Positions 1 to 11,300 of a stretch of DNA of 64,000 nt are shown here, piece after piece. This stretch comes from Lama guanicoe (taxonomy: Eukaryota). The notes beneath the pieces are model-generated. The model was not told the origin of the DNA. It was given only the letters and a program-made list of their open reading frames with translations, and searched no databases. Numbering within the stretch: the first letter of the stretch is position 1; each line of letters starts with the position of its first letter. The position numbers were made by a program, and so were the translations under genes. The stretch lies in contig MU057344.1 of the NCBI GenBank assembly GCA_013239625.1, positions 374,276 to 438,275 on the forward strand. The letters run 5' to 3'.

Positions 1-309
1 CTGTGAGCTCTGTTCCCACGGGGAGGCACCTGCCCGCTCCAGCGCCCGCCCCTCGCCCGCAGTGCCTCCCCAGGGCTGGAGACACTGTTTCTATGGCTAC
101 TCCCTGGGGCACTGGAACGTCCAAGCCTGTCCCACAGGCAACTGGAGGCTCCACGCCCCTCTGGTGGACAGGTCCTGCATGACCGTCTCCCCTCGAGGAA
201 CAGGTGGGCTCCAGGGGTTTGGGCACAGGCAGGTAACAAGGTCATGGTCAGTGGCTGCCCAGAGCCTGCATGCCCGGATCACTGTTGGCCACAGAGCCTG
301 GTGGTGGTA

Positions 310-420
310 TCAGGATAACAGTCCAATGTGAGCAAAGCTGGGGGGCCCAGGAAGTAGAGGGGCCCTGGGCAGGCAGGTGAGGACGGGCGAATGTTTTGCT
401 AAACAAATCCTCCGCCCCTC
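310..420 (+). promoter_or_regulatory. Putative TAS1R3 proximal promoter elements
   Basis: GATAA 314-318, CCAAT 323-327, opposed forkhead-like half sites TGTTT-TGCT-AAACA 392-405, GC box CCGCCC 412-417; all within 190 nt upstream of the ATG. Motif evidence only. Confidence 0.45.
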
Positions 421-496
421 CCTGCCCTGACTCACCATATCTGGGGCCCCACTCGATTCTCCCTCTTGCCATCCCTTCTGGAAGCTGCCATCTGCC

Positions 497-3400
497 ATGC
501 CACGCCTGGCTCTCCCGGGCCTCATGGCTCTCCTGGGTCTCATGGCTCTCCTGGGCTTGGGGGCAGGGGCCCCTCTGTGCCTGTCCCAGCAGCTCAGCAT
601 GCCAGGGGACTATGTGCTGGGCGGGCTCTTCCCCCTGGGCTCGGCCGAGGATGCAAGGCTGGGCGACAGGACATGGCCCAACACCACTGAATGCAGGTAG
701 GGGGGCCAGGAGTGGGGGGCCAGGCTGGGTGGCTTGGGTTGGGTGTGCCCCACGAGGAAGCGGTGTCAGCCACCTCCGCCCCTGTGGCCCCAGGTTCTCG
801 TCCCTCGGCCTGCTCTGGGCACTGGCCATGAAGATGGCTGTGGAGGAGATCAACAATGGGTCTGCCCTGCTCCCAGGGCTGCGCCTAGGTTACGATCTGT
901 TTGACACGTGCTCAGAGCCCGTAGTCGCCATGAAGCCCAGCCTGGTGTTCCTGGCCAAGGCGGGCAGCCGCAGCATCGCCGCCTACTGTGATTACACCAA
1001 GTACCAGCCCCGCGTGCTGGCTGTCATCGGGCCCCACTCGTCTGAGGTTGCCCTGGTCACCGGCAAGTTCTTCAGCTTCTTCCTCATGCCCCAGGTGCGC
1101 CCCCGTCTCTTCCCGTGTCCCCCCACCGGCACCTCGGGAGCCACCGTGTCAGGAATTGTCACCCGGCCCTGCAGGTCAGCTATGGCGCCAGCATCGACCG
1201 GCTGAGCAACCGTGAGACGTTCCCTTCCTTCTTCCGCACGGTGCCCAGCGACCGTGTGCAGGCAATGGCCATGGTGGAGCTGCTGCAGGAGTTCCACTGG
1301 AACTGGGTGGCCGCCGTGGGCAGTGACGATGAATATGGCCGGCAGGGCCTGAGCCTCTTCTCCAGCCTGGCCACCGCCAGGGGCATCTGCATCGCGCACG
1401 AGGGCCTGGTGCCACTGCCCTACGCCAACAGCCTGAGGCTGGGCTCAGTGCAGGGCCTGCTGCAGCAGGTGAACCAGAGCAGCGTGCAGGTGGTGGTGGT
1501 GTTCTCCTCCGCCCACTCGGCCCGCATGCTCTTCAGCTACAGCATCCACTGCAAACTCTCACCCAAGGTGTGGGTGGCCAGCGAGGCCTGGCTGATCTCG
1601 GACCTGGTCATGACGCTGCCTGGCATGGACCAGGTGGGCACCGTGCTCGGCTTCCTGCACCAGGGCGCCCCGATGCCCGACTTCTCATCCTACGTGCAGA
1701 CACGCCTGGCCCTGGCTGCCGATCCTGCCTTCTGCGCCTCACTGGACGCTGAGCAGGCAGGCCTGGAGGACCACGTGGTGGGACCCCGCTGTCCCCAGTG
1801 TGACCACATCACACTGGAGAACGTGTCAGCTGCGTTGTTGCACCACCGGACGTTTGCGGCCTATGCGGCCGTGTACGGCGTGGCCCAGGCGCTCCACAAT
1901 GCACTGCTCTGCAACGCCTCAGGCTGCCCCCAGCGGGAGCCCGTGCAGCCCTGGCAGGTGAGGGCATGGGAGCTGGGCCGGCTGTGCATGTGACCTGAGC
2001 CCCCAAGGAGAAGGGATGGCAGGGCAGGGGTGGCTCTGGACTGGCGGCGGCTCCCTGCCCAGACCCACCACCCTCCAACCCTCCCACTAGCTCCTGGAGA
2101 ACATGTACAACCTGAGCTTCCACGCACGTGGCCTGACGCTGCGGTTCGACAGCAGCGGGAACATAGGCGTGAATTATGACCTCAAGCTGTGGGTCTGGAA
2201 GGACCTGATGCCCTCGCTGCACACCGTGGGCACCTTCGACGGCCGCCTGCAGCTCCAACACTCCCAGATGTCCTGGCACACGCAGGGAAACGAGGTGAGC
2301 ACCGGGGCGCATGTCCCCAGCGACACATAGCTCTGCTGAGGCCTAGCAGAGCCTGAGCCCCAACACCCTGTCCCAGGAGCCGGTGTCCCAGTGCTCGCGG
2401 CAGTGCAGGGAGGGCCAGGTGCGCCATGTGAAGGGCTTCCACTCCTGCTGCTACGATTGTGTGGACTGCAAGGCTGGCAGCTACCAGCGCAACCCAGGTG
2501 AGCCCGCCGAGGGGGCCTGCCCACGCTGAAGCAGGAGAGGGGGAGGGTCCCTGCAGGGTCAGGAGCACAGGCCTGGCTCTGAGGCCACAGCCCATGGCAG
2601 GGGTGAGTCTGGGATAAGCCAGTGGCCCCCAGCACCCCTCTCTCCTCCCACACCTCAGATGAACCCCTCTGTATCCAGTGTGACCAGGACCAGTGGTCCC
2701 CGGACCGGAGCACCCAGTGCTTCCCCCGCAGGCACAGGTTCCTGGCGTGGGGGGAGCCGGCTGTGCTGGTACTGCTCGTGGTGCTGGGCCTGGCTCTGAG
2801 CCTGGTGCTGGTGGCCCTGGGACTCTTCGTCTGGCACTGGGACAGCCCGCTGGTGCGGGCCTCAGGTGGGCCACGGGCCTGCTTTGGCCTGGTCTGCCTG
2901 GGCCTCGTCTGCTTCAGTGTCCTCCTGTTCCCCGGCCGGCCCAGCCCCACCATATGCCTGGCCCAGCAGCTGCTGCTCCACCTCCCACTCACTGGCTGCC
3001 TGAGCACACTCTTCCTGCAGGCAGCTGAGATCTTTGTGAGGTCAGAGCTGCCGCCGGGCTGGGCAGACTGGCTGCAGAGCCTCCTGTGGGGGCCGTGGGC
3101 CTGGCTGGCAGTGCTGCTCGCCATGCTGGTGGAGACAGCACTCTGCACCTGGTACCTGGTGGCCTTCCCACCGGAGATGGTGACGGACTGGCAGATGCTG
3201 CCCACAGAGGCGCTGGTACACTGCCGTGTGCGCTCCTGGGTCAGCTTCGGCCTCGTACACGCCGTCAACGCCACGCTGGCCTTCCTGTGCTTCCTGGGCA
3301 CCTTCCTGGTGCAGAGCCGGCCCAGCCACTACAATGGCGCCCGCAGCCTGACCTTTGCCATGCTGGCCTACTTCGTCACCTGGGTCTCCTTCGTGCCCCT

Positions 3401-3623
3401 CTTTGCCAACGTGCACGTGGTCTTCCAGCCCGCGGTGCAGATGGGCGCCACCCTCCTCTGTGCGCTGGGCATCCTGGCCACCTTCCACCTGCCTAAGTGC
3501 TACCTGCTGCTGTGGCGGCCAGACCTCAACACCCCCGAGTTCTTCCTGAGCGGGGGTTTGGGCGACAGCAGAGGGGTGGGCGGCAGCTGGGGTGGGGAGG
3601 AGACCCAGGGAAAGAACAAGTGA
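497..3623 (+). CDS. TAS1R3: Taste receptor type 1 member 3 (class C GPCR, sweet/umami subunit), 6 exons, 857 aa, intact
   Basis: Exons 497-696, 794-1094, 1175-1957, 2091-2294, 2377-2497, 2659-3623, all GT-AG; total 2574 nt, in frame. Signal peptide then [11 protein letters not shown], Venus flytrap motifs ([28 protein letters not shown]), Cys-rich domain (CSRQC...[10 protein letters not shown]), 7TM ending HLPKCYLLL...NTPEFF. Confidence 0.98.
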
Positions 3624-4461
3624 CCCCTGACCTGATGACCTCACCCCAGTGAACTCAGACCTAGTCAGGCCCACACCAAGTCCCTACACAGCAACTTGCA
3701 GACTGTGCCCAGACTGCAGAGACCCCCCCCCCGCCCCTAGATTCTGCTGTCCTTGACCCCACAGTGACCTCCAGGCCAGCAGTGTGCACAAGGAGCCTCG
3801 GCCCAGTGGGGTCTCACCACCTGCAGCCCCAGAGTCAGGCTCTTTCCCTGTCCCAGCAGAGCCTTGGCCTGCACAGGTGACCCAGCCCGACTGTTCCAGG
3901 CAGAGGCCCGTGGAGGGCTGCTGTGGGCCCCTGCAGCCCATGCTGAGCACTCAGGAAAGCCCCTGGCCCAACCACTTGAAGGCCAAGCTGGGCATCACTT
4001 GCCTGGCTGGGCCCGACCTGAGGCCCCCACCCAGCTCCCTCTCCAAGCATCACAGGAGTGGGTGGTGGGTGGGTGGGCTGGGGTCGTCTTGACCCCTCTG
4101 CAGGGGCATGTGTCTGACCGTGGGACAGAGGGCTGCTCAGGAGGGAGGGAGCACCCCGCCTCCTTTTCTCTCTCCCTGGTGGGCCCCAGCCACTAGAATG
4201 AGAGCTGTTGACTCTAGCACCACGGACAGAGCCCACACGGGGGAGGGGTGTCAGCACCAAGACCAGTGCCCGCCACAGGACCCTCTCCAGCCAGGAGCCA
4301 GCACCAGATGCAGACCCCCCACCAGAGCTGCTGTGGCCAGGAGCTCACCTAGCTGCACTCGGGGCAGCACCCAGCCAGTCCTGGGGAGGCTGACCTGCCC
4401 CAGCACCCCAGTCTCCAAAAGTGGGGGAGAAAAGACAAAGGTCACACACCAGCCCCACAAA

Positions 4462-4467
4462 ATTAAA
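4462..4467 (+). terminator. ATTAAA polyadenylation signal, probable TAS1R3 3' end
   Basis: First A(A/T)TAAA I find on the + strand after the TAS1R3 stop, inside an AT-rich island. Confidence 0.55.
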
Positions 4468-4849
4468 TGCTTTTCAATGTTTAAAATAGCATTTACACGG
4501 AAGCAGCTCTGTTAACTATCTGGACGGACGCCCCGACTCGATGCGGTATCTACAGTGCAGACGTATGCAGGCCAGACGCCGGGACGAAGCGGCGTATGCA
4601 GTGGGCAGTCACCCTTGGCCCCAGACCCAGCCCTGCAGCAGCCCTGTGCTTCTCGCCCCTCAGAGTCACGTCTCGCATCCCACCAGCCGAGATACGCCCC
4701 TCGGTCTGTCTCCCCCTCACCAATCCTCCCACACATGTTCAAACACAACCTGTGTCCCCTGTGCAGGTGGGGGGACATGCAAACTCCGCTTCAGGGGACG
4801 GGGGCAGTGGCTGACTTGGCTGCCACCCCCCACAGCACACAGGCCAGGC

Positions 4850-4866
4850 AATAAATAAATAAATTA
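4850..4866 (-). promoter_or_regulatory. AU-rich element (overlapping AUUUA) in DVL1 3'UTR
   Basis: Minus strand reads TAATTTATTTATTTATT; the plus strand is three overlapping AATAAA. Confidence 0.5.
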
Positions 4867-5357
4867 GATCCCTACCCTAGGCAGCCACAGAGGGGACTGG
4901 GGACTCTGATCCCCCCGAGAGGGCACCCCGGGCCTGGGCAAGATGGGTGCAGCCTGTGAACTGAGTGAAGAGGGGGGCCCAGGCCCAGCAGCCACCTCTC
5001 AGCTCGGTCTGAGGCCCTGTGCACAGCTCTGGGGTGAGTGGGTGGTCCAAGGCCCACGCCAAGGGGTGGCAGGTCAGACCTGCCTGAACACGGAGATGGA
5101 GGCCCCAGTGAGGGTCTGCACAGATGCAAGCTGCTACGACCAGGAGCAGACGGGCTGCCCTCACCGCCCCCTCCTCCAGCCTGCTGCCACTCTCTGTCTA
5201 GACCGAGACCCCACGGCACAGAAGCACAGGCTGGTCTGACCCAGGACGGCCACTAAGGCAAGCCCACACAAGCTCCAGGTACGGCGCCCTCCTGCCAGAG
5301 CAGGAGGGCCACCGGATGCCCCACAGCAGGGCCGGGCTGAAGGCACTCTCTCCTCGG

Positions 5358-8300
5358 TCACATGATATCGACGAAGAACTCACAGGGGTTCCCCATGGCC
5401 TTCTGGAATGACTGGCGACTGCCAGTCAACTCTGGGGGGACAGCGGCCAGCTCCCGGACAGGTGGCCCCCCAGGCGGCCCCCCCACCACAGAGTACGCCT
5501 TTGTCAGGGGGTGCAGTGGGGGGAGCCCTGGGGCGGCGGCCGAGGCCTGACTGCGTGGGCTGCTGCCCCGGCTGAGCTGGCTAGCCGGACGCTCCCGCCA
5601 GCCACTGCCGCCTGCCCCACTTGGCGCTGTGGGGTCTGACTCACTGCCGCTGCCCCCGGCTCCAGCCGACCGGCCCAGGGCCCGACGGCTGCTCCCGCCA
5701 GCACTCCGGGTGGACCCACTGCTTTTGCTTCCTGGGGTCGAGAAAAGGGGGAGAGGAATGGGACAGTCAGTTCCAGGACAGTTGGCCGTGGCCAGGGCAG
5801 CCCAGGGCAGAACCTGGTGGTCCTGAGCCGGGGTCGGGGAAGGTTGGGGGGCAGCCATGCAGACGTGAGGGCTGGGCCAGCCCCGCCCAGGGAAGCAGAG
5901 CAGCTACAGCAGGCGGGGGTGGTGGGGGGGTACAGACAGGCAGGGATGCTCCGGGGCCAGCACGATGCCCCAACACCTCACCCCAACGCCTGAACTGAGG
6001 GCCTGGTCTTGCAGCTGAGAAACTGAGGTGCAGAGAAGGCCCCGTGTGCCCGGTACACCTGCCGGCCACCCTGAGCTCCCCGCCCAAAGACCCGCCTATG
6101 ATTGACCCCAGAGCCCTGGCCAGCTGCTCGGCTCAGCCTGTCCTGACTCTCAGGAAGCGTTGGGAACCTGAAGACGCTGAGTGGCTGGGGACGTGCCGAG
6201 AGGGACGGCGGGCAGGACCCTGGCTTACCGGCCCCGAGGGTCCGTTCCGCTAGTCCTTCAGTCTAAGGCTTGCTCAGCACAAAGCAAGGGATAGATGAGT
6301 CACACACCAGGCCTGGCCGGGCACCCACACCCACCTACCAGGGCGTGCCCCCTGCCAGCTGGGCCTGTCCAGGGTCCACAGGCACTGGGCACAGCCACCT
6401 GGCAGACACCGCTGCCCTCCAATCACTCTCCTCTCCCCCAGCCTTTCTCTGGGGCTGCTAGGCCAGCCACCTGACCTTCCCCCAGACACTGTGGGCATGC
6501 ACCCATGGGCCTCATCGACCCCTACTGGGCCTCGGGACACTGTTCCAACAAGCCCCCTCCTCTGGAACACCTCCAACGTCCCTGCTCAGCACTCTACATG
6601 TCCCAGCATCCGGCTCCAGCTGCCTGTGAAGCTGCCCACCTCTAGTTCCTTGCCAGGCTGCGGGTGCCCGAGGGAGGTGTCCATCCTCCACGTGTCCTGG
6701 GGCCCTTCTGTTGCTGCCCCACCCCAGGCCTCTATACCTCTCCATGCCCCCATCCCCACTCACACCGCCTCCTGGCCTCTGCATCTGCCTCACCAGCTAA
6801 AACACCAGCACCCCCCAAGCAACCCCTGAAGCCTCCGGGTTCTCCTCCTCTGCCCCCTTCCACCATTCACCCCTTTCAGAGGGAGCCCCCCAGGGCCCAA
6901 GCACAGAGCAGGTGGGAGCACACAGGGCAGAGGGGGTGGGCACACAGGGCAGAGCCAGGCGGTGGGGAGGCAGGGAGCTGGGCACCTGTGGGCTCTCACC
7001 TTCACTCTGCTGACTCCCAGCGCTGCCGCTGCCGTAGCTGAAACCAGGGTCCTGGTATGCGGGCGGGAAGCAGGGCGGGGGCCCTGGGTACTGGTAGGGG
7101 TAGCCCTGACCCAGGGGCCAGGGGGCAGCCGGGTGGGGCAGGGGTGCCACTGGGTCCTGATCCGAGGCCCCACTGGAGCCGCTGTTGAGGTTCAGGGCCG
7201 CAAGATCTGGCGGGAGGGGAGGGTGGGGGTGGGTGAGCCTGGGGTGGGCAGGCCATCAGGGACGCCCGGCCCGCAGCCCCCCACTCACTGCTGCACAGGT
7301 CCCCGAAGACGTAGTAGCACTGTTCGGAGAAAGTGATCTTGTTCACCGTGTGCCGCAGGAAGCCCCGCTTCAGCATGCTGCTGGCGTACTTGCGCGCCTC
7401 CCGCCGCTCCTTGAAGCCCTCCAGGTGTGTGTACAGCCAGTCCACCACGTCCGCCCCTGGCCGCAGCAGGCATCAGGGCACAGAACCCAGGACCGCCCAG
7501 CCCACGGAGGGCCCTCGCAGTGACAGTGTTGCAGGGCTACCCCGCCCTGCCCCGCCACCAGCCAGGGGACCCTCACCGATGACAGCGTTGGCAATGGTGA
7601 TCTTGAGCCACATGCGGTCTCGGATCTCCAAGCCTGAGTCCGGCAGCTGCATGACGCGGACGACGGCGCCCATGTCGCTCTTCACCGTCAGTGGGGCCTC
7701 CTCCAGCTCTGCAAGGCACGGCGCCCTCCTCAGCCCCGAGTGGCTGACAGGTGGAGGAGAGCTAGAAACAGACCCCAGGCCCTGCCTGCTGCAGCCCCGC
7801 AGAGGCCAGAGTCTGCTACTAGGGAGCACAGGCTGCAAAGCCGAGACTTGTGAGGCCCATACCACCATTCAACAGACCCCGCAGGGCCAGGCCTGGGTGG
7901 GGGGGACCTTTGTCTCCCACCCTGCAGGTGCTTCATCAGGATCTCAGGGCCTATTAGGGCAAGGCCACCCCCACCCTGCAGACCAGCGCTCTCGGGCCAG
8001 AGATCAGGCCTCTTCCACCCCTCCCCCCGCGAGCTCAGGGGAGTTAGTTGTGTTAATGGCAGGAAAGCAGAGTGGGGGCCATGTGCGTGCACCCACCTCT
8101 CCCCTGACCCCAGCCATGGCTGACCCCTGGGCCCAGCCCCTGCAGGCACCTTCCACTCCCACCGCACAGAAAGGGGGCCCACGGGTCCGTGCTGGGTCAG
8201 ACCCGGGTGGGCGCCGCAGCACAGACACTCAAGGCTGGCTTGGCTCTCGAGTGTGACCATGCCAGGTGGGCGGCCGGCCAGGCCTCACCCGGCGCTTCAG

Positions 8301-11300
8301 TCCCCTGATCTCGTGAACTGCCACTTACGCGGAGCGCCGGGCACAGAGCTGGTTAGTGAGGAGGAGCTGGTGCGGGTGATGGCGCTGGAGCAAGGGCTCG
8401 TACCGTAGCGGGGCAGGGCTCCGGTCAGCGCCGCCGTGTGGGACAGCCAGGCAGCCGGGTCGATGGGCCGAACGGGGTCAGCTGGGCGGCCGCCACGTGG
8501 CAACAGACGATGAACAGTGGGGGAAAAAGCAGAGCCCGGGGCACAGAGGAGAAAGGCCCTCAGGCTGGGCCGGCGCCCCCACCCCCCGCCCTGCCAGCCC
8601 CATGGGCTCACTCACCCCTCGGGATGGTGAAGTAGCTCCGTGGGGTCGGGTCCCAGCACTTGGCCACCGTGAGGCTGATGGGCCTGTGGGGTGGGTGGGT
8701 CACACCGGTGAGGCCCCTCAGGCCCCACCCAGCCCCGCAGAGCCCTGCCCCCTCCCCTGCCCCATGGAGCCCCGCCCTGCACAGGCCTCACCCAGTCTGG
8801 GACACGATCTCCCGCAGCACCCGCACCGCATCGTCGTTGCTCATGTTCTCGAAGTTGACGTCGTTCACCTGGGGGAGGGGTCAGCGCGGTGGGTCGGGGA
8901 GCTGGCCCCTCGGCCCCCCAGCAGCTCCCCGCGGCCCGCACCTGCAGCAGCATGTCGCCGGGCTCGATGCGTCCGTCAGCGGCCACAGCCCCACCCTTCA
9001 TGATGGAGCCGATGTAGATGCCGCCATCACCCCGGTCGTTGCTCTGGCCCACGATGCTGATGCCCAGAAAGTGGTGCCGCTCTGCAGGGGGGTGGGGTGA
9101 GCAGGGGGTCCCCAAAGGCCTGCAACCCCACCCAGAGACCCACGCCCCCCCAAGGGACCCCAGCCCGAGACCCCGCGGGGCCTCACCCATGTTGAGCGTG
9201 ACGGTGACAATGTTCAGGGACATGGTGGAGTCCGTGATGCTGCTGAAGGAGGAGGCCTGTGGATGGACAGACAGAAGGACAGGCACCAGGTGAGGGGCTG
9301 CGCGCAGGGCCCGTGGCCAGAGAAGGGCTCACCCGCGACTCGCGGCCCACGCTACCCGGTCTGTCTGCCGCATGCGCTGCTTCCGCCGCCGGCGTTTGTG
9401 CTTCCGGATGAGGCGGGAGGAGGTACTCTGCTCCGTGGAGCTGCTCAGCCTGGGGTGCACAGAGTCAGGGGTCGCCCTCTCCCGGCCCCAACTCCACAAA
9501 ATTGAGGAGAAGGCAGGGACAGGGGCGGGCCCGTCAGGAGAGGGCTCAGCCCCGCGCTGTGCACCCCTCCCCGCACATGTGTGCGCTCAGACACATGCAT
9601 GCACCTGGGCACATCTCCCCGCTCACCCGCCCACCCACGCCCACCGGCTGGTGTTCTCATCCTCGTCGGAGTCGATGAAGCTGCTGGACTCCAGCTCGCT
9701 GCTCAGCACCGTGGATGCGCTGTCGGGGGGCAGCCCCAGGTCCCGGCGCCGGTCCCCCCTCTGGTGCCCGTTGGTCCGGGAGGCTGTGGGGATAGCAGGG
9801 ATGGGGGCTGGCAGGGTGACTGCGGGGTTGCCGGGGGCCACTAGGGTCCTGGGCAGTTGGGTCTAGAACCTCTACCAAGGGACCCCCACTTGACAGGGGC
9901 TATACCCAGGGTCAGCAGGGCATGGGTGCACCACAGGGGCCCCAGGGAGGTCAAGGGCGTGGCCTCTTTACCCTCCTCACGGTTCCGGCGTCGGGCTCGC
10001 TCCCGCCGGTGGCTGACCACGGACTCCGTGCCAGTCTCATTGTCCATCCCGTCACGGCTGCTGGCCACATTCGGGCTGTGCCAGTAAGAGGGGAGTGGGC
10101 CGGGGCAGGCCGGACCACGGGCGCCTGGAATGCCCCCTGAGCTCCCCACCCCTCTCGTCCAGTGGGACCCTGACACTGACAGGGGCCCATTCACCCACCG
10201 GCCCGCCCCGGCCTGTCTGCCTGCCCCTCCTCTGCTGCCCAGCTCCTACTGACCATGGGTCCCGGCTCAGCTGCCCCTCCCCACCCGCCACAGGCCTGGC
10301 GGGCAGCCAGCCCCTTGAGAGCACGGGGCTCAGCGCCTCCAGAGCCCTTACTGGAAGGAGGGGGGCCGGGAGTCCCCGATGCCGCCTGTCCGCTCGAGAG
10401 GCGGGGGCAGGTCTGCATGGCCGTCAGTGCCCTGAGACCCCGCGTCGGAGTGCGTGCCCTCAGCCAGGACCAGCTGTGGACAAGAGTGAGGGCTCAGGGA
10501 TGCTGGCTTTCGGGCGCCCCCAGCAGGGCACCGAGGCACAAGTGACCACCTCCTCCCACATTACCGGGCTGAGGACCCTCTGCCAACGTCCCACAGACTC
10601 ACCCAGGAGACTACGCGGCCATTGAAGCAGGGCAGCTTGGCATTATCGTCGGAGATCTCCTCCTTCACAACCCTGTGGGCAGATGTAGGCATGAGGCTGT
10701 CGCACTAGGTGCGCTCCCACAGTGGGCTCTGGAGTAGGGCCCCCAGCATGGCCAGGGTGCATGCCACATGGGGCCTCAGCCACACACCCAGATGCCAGTC
10801 TGTGTGGGTGCCCTGCCCAGCATGCTCCCTTCCTGGGAGCCTTCAGCATCCTTCCAAGGACCCCTCCCAAGGCCCAGGTCTAAGGGGGTCCAGACACCCA
10901 ACCTGCCAGTACCAGGAGTCCCTGTCTGGGACCCCTACGACATGAGGACCTACTTGGCTCTGTGCCTGTGCACCCCACAGGGGTGGGCCCTCAGGGCAGG
11001 GCTCTGTCCGGCTTCCTCCTGCCCGAACCCACCCCACCAGCCTAGAACAGGGCCTGGATCATGGCAAGCCTCAGCACAGACGCACGCTTGGTGAGACCCC
11101 GAGGACATCAGCAGGTCAAGATGGCAGAGCACACACAACCCCTGCATTCACACTCCAAGGACACTGACCGTCCTCCTGGCCAACTGGCCCAGCTGGGGAG
11201 AGAGAAGCGGATCCCCACCCACTGCATCAGCCCAACTCAAGACCTGGAAGGGTAGCCAGGCACAGGGCCAGCCAGGCCCACTGAGAAGTCTCAGGTCCTG

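Noticed and set aside
2174-3301. 375-aa minus-strand ORF
   Set aside because: Antisense to TAS1R3 exons; expected from GC3-rich codon usage.
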